Assembly: GCA_973895155.1 (NCBI GenBank)
Contig: OZ316895.1
Span: 23,648,181-23,706,180, forward strand
Direction: 5' to 3'
DNA length: 58,000 nucleotides
From: Marsupella aquatica
Lineage: Eukaryota; Plantae; Marchantiophyta
Below, piece by piece: positions 26,909 through 41,600 of this stretch (position 1 is the first letter of the stretch; every line of letters starts with the position of its first letter). Both the position numbers and the translations under genes were made by a program. The notes below the pieces were generated by a model. The model was not told the DNA's origin, made no database searches, and saw only the letters and a list, made by a program, of their open reading frames with translations.

Positions 26909-28362
26909 TAGTTTTTGTTCAGTCTAAAGTCAGCTCTCTGTAAGTGAACACTCCATAAGTGCAAGGTTAGCTAACTGCAAGGCATCCTATAGTTCCCTTT
27001 TTCTACCAGGACTTTACACTTTCTGCACCTTTTGGAAGTGCAAAAAGGTCTAAACTATATTTGCTAAATAACAACTGTATCAGCGAAACCCCTCTATACT
27101 TGTCCAATTATCGGTAAGGACACAATTTCATAAAATTGCACTTCCTGATACATCCACGCCCATTTCAGTAGAGTAGAAATGCACTTATGGACTATGACAA
27201 AGAGGCAGATACAACTTGGGTTTGAAATGGTGAGTCGCAAGACTGCTCACCGAAGAAGAGATGCACTCTTATGAATAAGTGCAGAGTTCTACAGGTTTGC
27301 ACTTATTGCGCAGTGCAACCCCTGTTTAGTGCTCACTGGGCACTTCGTCCCGGGAGTGTGCAAGTGGACAGAGTTAATTGTATGTACAGTCGGGGGTGAG
27401 GTAACTGTGTCTATAGGTCAAATGTGTGTCTGTAAATAATTCTCAAGCTAGGAAGCCTCTGCCTAGCAACCAGCTCAACCAATGGACTGCAGCTTGCAAA
27501 ACTTAAATCATTGAACAGTTGTTGTTCTTATAATCATGGGAATCAGATAAATGTTTGAGAAAATAACTAAGTGTACATTTCTGTGACTAAATTTTCCACA
27601 AACTTGCATGGACATTGGGATTACTTCCCAGATCTTGCAGTACTCCTGAAATGTAGGAAGAATCCCAACAGTCCCAAGAGTTGAGAACTTAACTTTATAA
27701 TAATAAGGATAATAAGCTGTTGGCTATCCATGTTGCCAACAAAAAAAATAGCCGAGTGAAGAGTCACAATTGTTCACTTCTTGACTCTTCAATTGTCATT
27801 GAAAGAGTAGATCTTCCTTGATTTTAGGATGACATTCATATCTGGCAATGAGCCCCATTGCAGAGATGAATTTTGGCAAAGTTATTTAATACTTTATTCT
27901 TTTTCTTAACACATTTATTTGTATCTGAGATCTTCCTAGATTTAAGAAGGTTTGTCAGATCTGGTGATTAACCTTCTGAGGTAAGTCTTTTGACAAATTT
28001 AGCCAACTTTCACACCAAGTGACAACTTTGATATTTTGTGCAATGACAACATTTCCCACAAAGAAACAACACCTGTTACAATGAGACACTTTCTGTGACA
28101 ATAATATTTTTGCTAAAATAACACTTCTGCAAGTACAACAATGAATTGGGGTCACAATCCATAGCACATGTGGCAAACCTTCCATCAAAATTAACCCATA
28201 AGGGCCTCTTTCACCTGGTTTGGCAAGTCCATTTCTAAGTATATTTTCTATACAGTAATGAATTATTGTGTCCAGGATTCTATTCAAGTTGTGCTAAACA
28301 ACCCTTAGAGACAAACATGAGACCACCATTTCTCCAAATCTGGTCCTCAACTTTTTTGGGCT

Positions 28363-28884
28363 ACAGTATACCTTGCATAAGTACACCAAGTATAAGTGCA
28401 TTCCATGGTCAACTGCAGGCTGGTTGCGTACCCCCCCCCAAAACTACTACAACGCTTTCCTATGGCAAATAAAAAATGCACCACATAAAAGTGGGGGTCA
28501 ACCCTCACTAAATGACAAATATATAAGTGCATCTCTGTCTATAAGTGTACAAATGCATTTATCAGTTACTGCAATGCATCCACCAAAAACATTTATCGAT
28601 AAGTGCAACAGACAATTATATATTAGAGTTCATACACTTATCCAGTCGAATCGTGCAGTATGTAGGATCAGGATATGAGAAGTCTAAGTGTGGGATCTAA
28701 CAACACATATGAGAGGGTGCATAAGGAACTCCCCATGCACTTATTAGGTAGAGTAACAATGCCCATATGGATAAGTGCATAGAACATATTGTGTGCACAT
28801 AACATAGTGCATACCATGGATAACTGAAAGCTCGAGTCTTCCCAAGATCCTGCACTTACACACGGTGCACTTATACTATGTAGA
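28363..28884. mobile_element. Diverged copy of the TA-MITE at 10432-10950
   Basis: Shared blocks tgcattccatgg, tcactaaa.gacaaata, aaaacatttat.gataagtgca, atgagaagtcta and cctgcactta. Confidence 0.7.
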
Positions 28885-29436
28885 TTCCTGGAAGATTCTT
28901 TCTCTCAAGTTCAAAACACTCTGTATCATTTCTGATTTATGGCGCGAAATGCAGGTATTACAGATATGTCCTGTCCGTTACGCGCTACAGTGTAAAGTGA
29001 GTGTAAACGCAAATCGAATTCAGAGCTCGCACAAGTCCTGAGAACGAGGCGATGAGCTTCTCACAATGTCTCGTAAGCCCGATGCCATCATCGTATTCCG
29101 TGATGTGAGCTCCGCCTTCATCCCTTCGCCCTGAAATCAGCTCCGCCCATCGTGCGTGAATCGATGCAAATTTCAATTCTCAGTTAGATTGTGAGAGCGC
29201 AGAGAGAGAGAGAGAGTTGGAAAGGGCGGAGAAGACCTATCTCACGTGTCTCCTGTCAGGTGGGTCCAATGAGCATGAGCATGAGCAGCATCCCTCCGCT
29301 TGAATCAGCTTCGCCCATCGTGCTGAATCGATGCAAATTTCAATTCGCAGCTAGATTCTGAGATTGACAGAGAGAGAGATAGAGTTGGAAAGGGCGGAGA
29401 AGACCTATCTCACGAGTCCTCTGTCAGTTGGGTCCA

Positions 29437-32400
29437 ATGAGCATGAGCAGTAGCAGCAAGGCTGGTGTGATGGAGGATGTACACCAGAAGCTGGTGATGC
29501 TCAACTACCCGAGGGCTTCGGTACCGTTCCAATCGCTCCTTTACGCAGGAAATGAGAGATACACTCTGATCGAGTGGCTTTTCTTCAGGCATGTAGGTCT
29601 TTACCTTTCTCGTTTTTTAGATACTCACAATCACTCAATTTAACGTAGGCTCGTGCTCTTGCTGCATTTGGAGCGGTGTTGGGTCGATTTCTGGTTCAAT
29701 CATGTGTAGAGAATTTTTCGCATTACTCGTCCATCCCTTAGAAGACATTGTAATAGGGCTGGAGTCATGGTATTGAGAACCGAAAACGAAATTGCATCAC
29801 CCGTCGCCCTTAGAAGACATTGGAGTAGCGCTGGAGTGAGCAGTGTACCAACTAGGTGGCCAGTTGAGAAGAATGCTTATAATTCCCTGCGACTTGAGTA
29901 CCTCGCAGGCTTTTAGGCGAAAAATCACCATTCACTCGACAAAGTTTTATGGTGGAAGGAACTGATCGAGACGAAGAATCGACAAAAACTCAATGTATGC
30001 ATCTGGTCAATTTTTCCCCTATTTGTTACATCCATTGTATAACAGGTCCTTGTCTGGGGTCCTTTCTACACTTTGTGCACGTCTCTGAATTGGATTCCAT
30101 CTGTAAAACTGCCAAAACTTGCAGATCTAGCTGAGATTGCCAAATTCCTGGGCTTGACGACAACTATTGATACAGAAGCTATTCAAGTATGCAACGCACT
30201 TATCATCCTGTATCTATATTCTGATGTTTTGTTGATGGATTTGTTTAGGGTATTCCCTATAGTCTGTTTGTGATAAGTCTCCTCTCTCCATTGCTCTTTA
30301 AGCTAATTGTAGTCCCCGATATGGACTGGGTTTTCCGCACGAGGGGTTTGTTCTGCTGCTCACCGCAGTCAATACTGCGTGGATTTCACTTATTCTGCGA
30401 TAAGGGTCCCCGAGAGAAAGGAGGGGAGCGTTCAGGATGCAGAAAAAGATTTCAGCGCAGCTTGTTTCTACTCAGATTGTTAGTTGCTTGGCTGGCCACT
30501 GAAACAGGCTTTCAGAAGAGCTTCGTCCGCTGAGATGAACCTGTGTGTTAAACGGCTAATTGCTGACTCTGCAGGGGAGAGGAAATCATAAGGACCGAGC
30601 AGAGATGCTGCAGCTTATAGTGAACTTAGTAGAAGCCAGCTATTACGCTACAAACCCAGAATGGAGGTGAGGCAGGCAGATTCCATACTTGGCCTCTGGA
30701 ATTGAAGCGTGTCCCCGTTGGATCTGTCTTTAAGTAAGCTCTTGTTATAACTGGGGCTTTTGGTTTCTGCTTCAAAATAGTACTCTCAATTCTCCGCAAC
30801 ATGTCTCGTTAATCGTTGGCAGACGTGCAGAGTGTAAACAACTCTGATATCTGTTTGATTGGTATCTGATAGGTCTAAGGTTGGAGATTGAACTTCCACC
30901 ATTTAAGCTTTTCAGCTCCCTAAATGCCCGTTTCTTTGACAGTGTTGATGACCAGGTTGGCAAGGATATTCAACTTATAGATGCGATAGCAGAGAAGCAG
31001 GCTCATATCTTTTCGGATGAGTGCAAGTTATTTCCTGCTGATGTCCAGCCGCTATCTAACTTAGCTGTGTAAGCATTTTTCTAGAATAGAAAGCATAAAC
31101 TTTTTTCTTCATCTTCCGTATCCAAGTATGGTTATTGCCAATGTTCGCTTTGTGCTAACTTTTTCTGCTCCTAGTCTTTCAAAGGAAGAGTGGGATCCTC
31201 CATTGTTTCTTTCTGCGGCTTGGGCAGCTTTCCATTACTGTGTTCTGATTTTTTATTTCTTGAATCTCAGAAGAAGTTCCATCTCTTTCAGATTTCCTTA
31301 TTTAAAGAATGCATTTCTATTGAAAGACCGGTCACTGTCACACTACGAGTTCAATAATATTCTTATATACTTGTCACACAGACCTGATATTGCGGAGGTA
31401 GAAAGCAAGCTTGTGGAGCATGCCAAAGAAGTATCTCATCTTCAGCTTGTCGTTAATAATCTCTCCTCGAAGGTACATTTTTCTTTGCAAGGTGCTACCC
31501 AAGTCTGGTTTTTTGGGTCACTTTCCAAAAAGTTTTGCTCCTGCATTGCTCTTGACCTACTAACCTCTGGTACATTCACCGCATGGGCTGGTTGCAAACT
31601 TGCAGCATAAGTACAACCCTAATGAGGACTACGTTGAAGCAGAGGCATTGTTGCGAACACAACTTGAAGCTTTTCTCGAATGTGCCAAATCTTTCAAAGC
31701 CATCTACATGAAGGTGCCTTTTTGACAACTGAGAAGCCAATCCAGATCTGACCTAACTTCTTGTCCGTGGTTACCCCATGCATATCTTTTTGGGTAGTGT
31801 AATTTTTAGAGAGAGGACATCTATTAAGGATATACATCCGAATGAAAAAGTTACAACTTTGTAATTCTGGCCTTCTGTCAAGGCTTTTTTCAAAGCTGCT
31901 CTTATTGTCTACCCCTTTTGGATCTCATTCACTATCATGAGGGGCATGTCGTGTTCGGGTTGACAGGAAATTCGGCCCTGGACACATATGATGGAGTTGC
32001 CGCAGCTACATGGTCTGGGACCTGCTGCCAGCCGTTTGTTGGACTCATATAAGCTCTTACTTCAGGTGAATTGTGGCATTACATTGCTCCTCTGTACTTC
32101 ATTGGCGTGAAAGAAAACTCTATCGGATCACTTTCATAAGTGGAGTCCCACCGAAGGGAATACCTGGTCATTTCGGAGGACCTCAAATTAGCATGCTCTT
32201 CCAGTCCCCAACGCTTACTATATCTCCAATGTGTATCAACTATGATCTCCTTAGGAAACTGGGACGTTTTGCTGATATTCTGCTCTATCCATTTGTGTGT
32301 GCAGTTCTTACACAACCTCAAGGGTTTAAGAGAATCTCATGTTGCTGTAGCGGCTGGTCCTGAAGGACTTGGTGACGAGGATGGAGGTTCGTTTAATGCA

Positions 32401-32538
32401 GAGCAATCATTGTTAGGCAATCTTGTCACAGAGTGTGAGCAAGCGCTCATTGTTCTCAATAGCGGCCTCAGCATACTCGCTGCTTCGCAAGCTAGAGTTT
32501 TGAATGAACCAACTGAAGTGAAGACTCTAATAAGTTGA
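29437..32538 (+). CDS. AUG7: Augmin subunit 7 (HAUS7 homolog), 9 exons
   Basis: Exons 29437-29588, 29909-29994, 30125-30186, 30575-30666, 30943-31068, 31382-31472, 31606-31713, 31967-32065 and 32305-32538 splice in frame to [59 protein letters not shown] and [17 protein letters not shown], matching plant AUG7. Confidence 0.93.
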
Positions 32539-33306
32539 ACAGAGTTCATTGCAGCATATCATTGGCATTGACCTTCCCAGCCATGTGGATGAATCATCTC
32601 CAGATTTGAACTCGAATGTTGCTTGTCCGATGAAGGGAAGGTCTGCATGGAGATTTTAAGCATGGTTTTGAAGGTCAAACCTCTTGTTGGTGCACCAGTG
32701 GTGTATTTGATGTCCGGTCCCTCTGAAGTGTGTCCTCCATAGAGTAATTATGTTTTGCAAGGGACACATGTGCTTTCTCAGACAAGTGCCACAGGGACAA
32801 CTGTGATGATCCCTTTGAGGCCCAAACGCAATATTTTTCAGTGGTGGAGAAAAGCTGCGCAACATTTCTATGTGATTCCATCTCAAGTACTTGAGATCAA
32901 TCTGTCCTACAATAAACATTCATAAACATGTAATGATATAATACTCATGTCCTTCGTTTGCCCAAAATACGAGAAAGCCGTAAAGCAATAGAAGGTCGCA
33001 AATAACATTCCCTATTGAACACAGGGATCTAAAACTCACCTACATGAAACTCAACTTGTGCTACAAATGACGGTAACAGGCTCTTATCAGGAATCGCATT
33101 TCAAACATTCCTCTTGAGATCTTAAAAATCTTAAAAAGGTCCGGGTAAAGATTCGTAAGGTTCTCGTAAGGTTCGTAGAACAATAGGTGTACAATGACTC
33201 GCAATGCTACCGTGTACAATGACTCGAATGCTACCGTGCACTACTTATGGGCTCTATAGGTCTTCTTGGCATGTGGAAAAACCCTCACTATGTTGGCAAA
33301 GAAAGC

Positions 33307-36300
33307 TCAATATGTAGGAATTGACCTATCAACTCTAGTTGAGTAGGCATGAATACCACCTGCAATGTTGTAAAGTCTCTTGAATCCCTGCATTCATCAG
33401 ATTGAGCTTATTATTGTGATCCATTGAGAACTCAAATGTCAGGGGAAGCTTACTCGAGTCCAAGTTGACACAGACTCCGGCCAAATCAAATAAAGATAAG
33501 ACTTGCACGAGACCCGTAAATTAAAAATATATATCTCCACTGATTTGATATACGTAGAGTACAACATTGGGTCATCATGGAAACTTGGTAAAACGACCTG
33601 ATTGCAAGTGACTTGACGACCCAAGCCTAATTAGTTAAGTAGGTGCCTAGGCCCAAGGTCATAGCTAGAACTCCCTGGGCGTGATCCCCTAACGATAATG
33701 GTCGGGCACATTGAACAATGCAAAACATATACATTTTCCACGTCATGGATCATATACGAGTCTCATTTACAATCAATGCAGTCCGGACAACCATGGACTG
33801 CAACGTGACAGTCTGTCTATTGGACCTTGAGAGAATGGAGTGAGAAAACACACCTGAGATTGAAGCCAATTTGCTGCCTGCATAGACCGCATTCCATGGT
33901 GACACTGCGGATACAAAAACATGTCAACCTCAAAGTAAGATAGTTTCCACACGGTAAACCCGTCCTCGATGGAAGATGGAAAATTTCTAAAATTCTGACT
34001 GGTCTCGTCGACACCCCTACGTACTTGACTTCAAGCCCCCTTTCAAATCACTAAATATTCATATTCCCAGATCAAAAGACTAACCATGACATAGGTATCT
34101 TTCTCTGGATCCAGATCGTCAGCAATATTGGGAGCCCACTTGCCAAATTCACTTAGAGGATATGCCTCGAACCCCTTGATTGCTGCTGTAGCTCTGCATA
34201 GACATAACAGTCACATGCTTAATACTGCATCCATATGCACAATGCTTACCCGACACCTTACGTTCTGAAAGACCGATTGTAAGAGTAATTTCTAAGTGTG
34301 CGCTCAATCAACTGGGATAAACAACTTGGACGTCATTCCTGTACTGCGGAATACATTTCGCAAGGTGGATGAACTTTGCGATATGATTGCACTCTAGCAG
34401 AATGGAAGCTAAATCAATCATTCACAGAACTTTATTGAAAATGAGTATTGCTGTGATACACTGGATCCAGACTGAAAGAACGGCCACCGGCTCAGTTGTT
34501 AGACCTTCTGACCTACACAAAAATAGGGCGTATACTATATTCAAACAATTATTTTCGTTCTGAATAGAGATGCTTGAAAGCAATTGCCTGCCTTACATTT
34601 CATGCGGTTCTCTCACGTCGATGAGCTGCGCTTCTTCAAGGAAAGTGGGATCTTGCATCAGCTCATGAAATTGTTCAACTTGCAACTGCTGCAAGAAATG
34701 TGCTGTTCTGTTGGCATGTCAATTGATAGAAATCTGTCAGCAAGTAGCCTACCGGTAAAATAGCAGTTCATTTCAGGTCAAAGGGACACTACAAACTCAC
34801 ATCACGTCTCAGTTTCACAGAACTTGCAGCAAACGACATCGATATTCCATGACAGCATTGGTGGCAGACCAACCTCTCATTAAGGACCTGAACAAGATGC
34901 CAGCCGTGCTTTGTCTTGACCCGGACTACTTTGTTCAAGGGGGCAGTGAATGCTGCTTCCTCAAAGGCCGGTTCCTTCGCGTCACAAGAGAAAAATCGAA
35001 ATCAGACTCATCTCAAAGGATACGGCTCGTAATGAGAGTTCCTCAAGGCAACATCAAAAATTTCTTTAAAAATTGAAAATAAGCGCTCGAGCAGAATTCG
35101 GTAACAGGCTAACTCACTGTTTGACCGAGTTTGACCCATCCGATCATTCCTCCCTGTGCTTTCGAAGGACAAACGGAATGTTCTTCGGCCAAGTCACTCA
35201 AGTCCAGCCCCTCTAGCTAATCAGAAAAAGAGGCTTAGTGACTGCCGCAAAGATAGATATATATCATTATTCCAGAGCTAATAGTCTTCAGCCGTCTGCT
35301 TCAATAGGGTCTTTCGCTTGCTCGAAAATTTAATTTATTTACAGTAGCGACCAGGCTACGGACTTGACTTGAACTAGACAAACCTTGAGCCCATGCGAGT
35401 AAAACTAACACCCGAAGATGCCAATTATGAACTGCGAGAAACACATCATAGAAAGATGCTCCCAATTTGAAGGACTTTGCATAGTTCCCCAGAAATTTGC
35501 AGGTAATCTATCCCCCGCTGACGTATCGAAAATAATGGAATTGAATTGCATTGCATTGGATTCGAATAGAATTGAATTGAATTGAATCGAGTATCATAGC
35601 ATGAGATAGTCGATGTGCATTGGACTTTCGCACATTGAGCACCAAATCGGAGTTTCTCAAATTGACCCTGACAGAGAAAAGTGATTACCTTGAACTATTT
35701 GTCTTTGTAGCTCAATCAGCAGCTGGGCATCTTCTTCCTTAACCAAAAGATGCTGCACTAAAATCTCCCGATCCCTATTTTTTGCTTCACTCCCCACCCC
35801 TACTTCGCTTCCGGCTGTTGCCCTGCCTGTAACTGCGACCTTAAATAGTGACAGAGTTAATTCTCCACCTCTTGAATACTCCATTCAAGCTTCTCAGAGT
35901 TGGCATTCGCAAAATATTACCTCTCTGGGTTGAAAGCTTTTCATATCAGTTTCGTGCAGTGTTTCTGTCCATACTCCAAATTAAGTCAAAGTTGGTCCAA
36001 TCCGGTCATAGAAAAACTGTACTACGATTGTAAAATCAATCACAGGAGGAGCTGAGCAGATTACCGGTTGAGATATGTGATCTCTCCATCCCACTCGACA
36101 AAAGCCCGGGAGTCGAAAGCCACCCCAAACGATGCTGGCAAGAGAACATACCAGCAGCAGCACCAATAGACAAATGTCCTTCGGAATGCCCTTTCTGACC
36201 CCTAGACGACCACAACGCTGCAGCAACTTCAGGCGCGCGAGACGAAGAAGAAGAAGAAGAAGAACTCGGCCGCTTCGACCATGGAGAAGGAGCAGAAGGA

Positions 36301-36452
36301 CAAGACCGAGACGAAGAATTGGAGACGGATGGACTCCTCCGCGCCAGCAGCAAGCTCTCGACGAGTGACGACGAAGTTGGACCGAGCTGTCGTGACATAG
36401 GCGAGTGCGCCTGCACCTGAACCGCCGTGTGCATCCACATCATCCTCGCCAT
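33307..36452 (-). CDS. STR12: Rhodanese-like/PpiC (parvulin) domain protein with an organellar transit peptide, STR12-like
   Basis: Ser-rich N-terminus; exons encode REILVQHLLVKE, LSDLAEEHSVCPSKAQGGMIGWV, FEEAAF..HLVQVLNER, AQLIDVREPHE, DPEKDTYVM, CHHGMRSMQAANWLQSQ and GFKRLYNIAGGIHAYSTRVDRSIPTY*; the exon 1-2 junction is uncertain. Confidence 0.9.
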
Positions 36453-36627
36453 TGTTGTAGTCCTAGACCTGGCCCTCTCTCCCTCTGCTTCTTCTCCTCA
36501 CGACAGAGGAGGCAGAATTCCACACCGCTTCTATGAATGATGTTCTCCTCAATTAATGGACCGACCTAATGGCCAAACATTGCCAGGAGTTGAATCACGT
36601 GAAATTCTCGTACCCACAAACACCAAC

Positions 36628-36790
36628 CAGTTCACTGAAAAGAGGGCCAACGGACTCAAAAAGCAAATGCAAGAAAGAGAATCAGTTCACGGAAAAGAGG
36701 GCCAACAGACTCGAAAAGCAAATGCAAGAAAGAAACCCAGTTCACGGAAAAGAGGGCCAACAGACTCCAACCGCAAATGCAAGAGAGACA
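36628..36790. repeat. 55-bp tandem repeat, 3 copies, just upstream of STR12
   Basis: cagttcac(t/g)gaaaagagggccaac(a/g)gactc at 36628, 36683 and 36738. Confidence 0.9.
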
Positions 36791-38672
36791 GAGTCCAGTC
36801 CAGAGAGGACCAAAGAAAGCTTACGAAATGCTTACGAGTTCAGATTTCGCTGCCACTTTCCTCGATGAATGATCTCCGACAGAATGAGAGATGTTAAAAT
36901 TCGTTTCCTACTGGGATTTCGCTGCCGCTGCAGATTCGAATGATGGAGGATAATATTTTATTGTAGAAAAGAGGCCGAGAGTTCGCAATCTAAATTGGGC
37001 GAACAAGATTATCCAGAAACGCGCCTGGACTGAAATTCCATGCAGACCGTATTCAGCGGGAGTGTCACACTGTAGAGTGCTGTAGGAGTAAGGGGTGTCA
37101 GCTCTCCCGAACATTTGCTTCATGGGGGGTGTAAAATGAAAAGTGTCCAGATTGAAATCCCATGCCCCCCATAGATTTTCAGCTGGGGACCTCACTCCTA
37201 AACCCTCAATTCCAAGGGAGTTCTCATGTCAAGCTGGAAATCTGGGGACCTCACTCCTAAGCCCTAAATTTCTAGGGAGTTCAGTTCTCATATCAAGCGC
37301 GAAATCTTTTGATAATGAACAATTAAAACATTTTAAAATAAATTTGTTGTCATTATTTGTCTATCTCTAATTTTAGAAAAATAGGTTTTGTAGATATTAT
37401 AGAATATTCCCAAACTTGATGTGAACAACCATGTAATGTAACTCTTCTAATTCTCAAAACTTGGATTTAAGTCTTTTGCCCAATAAAATTCAAAAAACCC
37501 CTAACTTGTTTGCGCTTGATGGTTTGGAAGAAGATAAATGAAGACCCCAAATTTTCAACAAGAATGTCTACACTCTACAGTTCCTTCCGAGTGTTGGGTT
37601 GTCAAACCATACTTAAATCACCACTGTCCATCAAGTTTGGGGAGACAAAATAATGCATTTTTTTACTTTCTTGAGAACATCATTGACTTACTTTAGTAAC
37701 CATCCGCCAGGTTTTGCTAGGGGGACAGAAGTGTCACCACTCCCAAGACATTGTTTTGCTTGATGAGGGGTAAAACCTGACGAGTGTATCAGGCAAACAA
37801 GGTCATCCAGAAAAGTGCTATAATTAAATTCCCATGCAGACTCTACAATTGGCAGGGGGGTTACAATGTAGAGAGCTTCAAAAGTATTCAACTTCTTTTT
37901 TATTGTTAAATGTTATGGATGGTACTCAGAGCTGCCCTCGTAGAAGCCACACAAGATGGAGCACACGGCCCATTCATTTCTTCTCATCCATACTTAAAAT
38001 GTCTGTCCTGCAAGGAGCATTATAATACTTTTTTAGCCCTTGTCATACTTTTTAGCCCTAGCCTAAAACTTCAAAATTGGCAGACCTTTATCAATAACAA
38101 ACACGGGGCATTCTCTTTTTGGCTTGACACTAGAGTTTAAAAATTTTGATTAGGACTCAAGACACAATTTAAAGTCTTCCCATCTCAGGAATTGTCCAAA
38201 CAAAGGTCAATCGGGCATTTATTCTGGGCAATTCCCTCATAGGAGACCTTCAGTTACCTTACACTGAATGACTGTCATGGCCTTTCTTTTCCTAAGTTAT
38301 GGTGCTTGTATGGAGAAGAATTCACACTCCGGATTTGGACATAGGAATCATGAAATTTATCCCAAAATAAATGCCTTTACGTGCACTACCTCTATTACAG
38401 GTGCATAATGGACAACAATAGCCCCTCAAGAATCCTGGCGATAAGGAACTAGAAGGTATTGACAAAATGGAACAACATGCAAAACTTTTTGGTCCAAAGT
38501 AAAGCAAAGAACAGCATGCCCTCATCTACAAAAGGAACGAACATGTCACGCAAAATAAATGGCGTAGCAAATGGGATTGACCCATGATTGAAACTCGATT
38601 AAAAAGCCAAAGAAAGAATCGATAAATAATAGAGGCACCAAATACAACTAAAGTGCTGGACGAGTCATTTTT

Positions 38673-41600
38673 CTAAAGTTCTTCCTTTCTTTGCTCAGCC
38701 CTGGTTATGGGCGCGTGCTGCCGTTGCTCATATCGCATTTTATCATAAAGCTTTCTTCCTTCTGGTACTTGAAAGAAGGAATCTCCAAATGCATATAACA
38801 TGTAAAATACGACGATTGAGCCTATAAAGATGGCAATGAAAACCAGGAAGATTTGCCAATCTGAATTGTCACAAACAAAAGAGTTAGCCCGTCGAGATTC
38901 TACAATTCAATGACAACCATTCTAATTCATTTGAAGGTAAGTTGCATTCTATCTGTAATTCTTAAATGATGAAATCAAACAAAAGCATCGTCATCTACAC
39001 AGTTTTCGATCATCAGAATCAGAATCACACCAGTTGCTGGAAAGAACAAAAACTTACCCTTCCATTCGTTACTAAGATCAACCGCCGTAACACGAAAACT
39101 GAGATCTGAGGAAAGCGAAAACAGTGCTCTGCAAGGCACAATCAAGATGTGTTTTCAGAATCTCTACGTCAAAGCTAACATCAGTAAGGATCAGCCTTAG
39201 CTTGAACACATCTCAGTCATAATCCGAGACCCGACCTTCTTTCTAAACTTATCAGTTCAAAAGTGAAAAAATCGAGTACTCACTTGCCATTTGGCGAGAA
39301 TTGCAATGAATTTACGCTTTCACTGTGGGCGCTCCTGACTGTCTGTGTCACTGTCATCTTTTCCGTCTCTACTATAGCTATATCACCTCCCTTAGTTCCT
39401 CTGCAATGCACCCTCGTATCAGAAAGAGTACTAGCGGAAGTCAATGTACATATTGGAAGACTTTCCAAACAGTCATGAGCCAAAAAGTTTGGATGAGAGA
39501 TTTCCATTACCAAGAACGAAAATCTCACGAGAAACATCAGCAATGTGTAGCTTGGAATACTACTGGAGTCATTTCAATAGAAAAAACGAGACACATGTTG
39601 GATACATTGGATACATTAGATAAGAAACCCAATTGTGATCTTAGTGTAGTGAAAAAGAGCAATATTACACTCTAGACGAGTGCACAATAAATCAATAGCA
39701 AGCCCTGTGGAGAGAGTACATGGCCAGACGCCTCCCATGGTGAGTGATGGCCAATGAAGTGATAGGTTGCGCAGCAAATCGCTTGGTACCAATAAGTTTC
39801 CAATTCGTCATGTCCCACACACCCAGCAACCCTTTCCTGTCTACGATCAAAACCAACCAAGGGCGGCAAACAAAATCAGTCTCGTTGCTGTAATGGAGGG
39901 CAGCTGATTTGCACACAGCAACATTCCACACGTCACAGTGCACCCTCAAAAAGCGAGCAAAACTTAATATTCGAGTGGCAACACACCATGTTGGCCTGTA
40001 TATTGAAGATAAAAAGTCACAGTGAAATTCGTTCGTCATACCTTTAGTCACTGTCACGAAGAGAAAGGCCTTCTTCAGATTCCGCGAAAATCTGGAATAA
40101 CCAAAACGCTCACCCTGGAAGGACTCCAATCCAGCATCAGTGGGGCTCATGTACTACTCAACACTGCATTAAAATAAATTCTCATGAGACAGATAAGTGT
40201 CAGGTTCAAGAGACACGGCCTTCTCATATATAACATCTTCGTTGCATCTTTTGTTCAGAGACTGTACAACACAAACGCAAAAGCTCCAATAGATTGGTTG
40301 GCATGGTAGGAAGTTATCTTACCGAAGCAGGCTCTAAAGTGGCCACAACTTCGCAAGTCGATAAGTCCCAGATCCGACATGGACTGTTGTCTCCGGTCGC
40401 TGATAAGAAACCAGAATCCAAGCTGGTGGAAAATCAGAATTAGCTTCGGGAATATGAGTACAACTCTTAGCCAGGTGTGTCTTGGGACTAGGAAAGAATA
40501 TGAAGAAAACACAGATAGGGTGAAAGTATACATTCTGCTTCATCGGGTTGCCCTTTAGACCTCTTGTGGAACCAAATTAGGGTAGATACTGAACTGTTGC
40601 GGAAAAAAGATTAGGGTAGACACTTTCAGTCACCTGATGTCCAAGTCCTTCACTGACTTCAATGCCCTAGGAACACTGATTACGACTTCCATGCTTGGCC
40701 ACCGAAAGACACGTACATGCCCGTCCTGCAACCCATCTCAGTGTTATTGATCCATGCTTGTCGAAAGTCCAAGTTCAGTGACAAGATAGTTGACACTACT
40801 CAGCAATTGCGTAAGGTGGGATCTATCACGAAATTGCGCCATTGCTCAAAACTACAGAATTCTAGGCTAACAAAATGTTTGTAACTTCGATGAAGTACTC
40901 TTCTGTGCACACAAGGCAAAAATGTATATCATATACTACATCCTACAATTCCTTAAGAGGATATGCCAGTTTAGAGCCTTTTTCAGCAGCTGGAGTGCAG
41001 CGTTCTGAATGTTTTGAGGGTTTGGAGTAACAAATGGAAACCAGACACAGATTTGAAACGGCTTAACCAAGATAGAAGACAATAGAGGTTGGCAAAGAGT
41101 TGCAATTACTTCAATCCAATCACGACATTATATAGCAAGCATTGAAAGGATTCGATAAAAGCATCCAATTAGCAACGTTTTGGTGATATTCATGTATCTA
41201 ACATAATTTTTAAGTAGCAGTGTCGGCGCAGAAAGACGGCTGTCTGGAGAAAGTCTCTGCAAAACCTTTTTAAAAACTTACCTCCCCACCGGATGCAAGT
41301 AGAGTGCCGTCATCGCTAAACAGAAGGCAGCTTTGAGGTCCAGCGCCTTCCAAGTCACCGAGAACCTCCTCAGAAGGTTGCAACTTCAGGTTCACTTCTT
41401 TCGCCGCTCCATAATCCTCCCATGTAAATAATCTGGTTAAAGATACACACATAAAGAAGCGCAGGGTGGTCATTGGTAATGACATTTAAGATCCATAAAA
41501 AGTATTATGAATTATGGAATTCTACTTTCCCTGACTGAATTTACTCTACTCTAAATTGTGATCAACTTTTTATTCCTTTCCGATGTTCCTGTGCAATAGT

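Noticed and set aside
27480-28300. Possible transposase remnant (110-aa minus-strand ORF)
   Set aside because: No recognisable motif
36556-36897. Repetitive 113-aa and 99-aa ORFs
   Set aside because: Arise from the 55-bp tandem repeat, whose period is not a multiple of three
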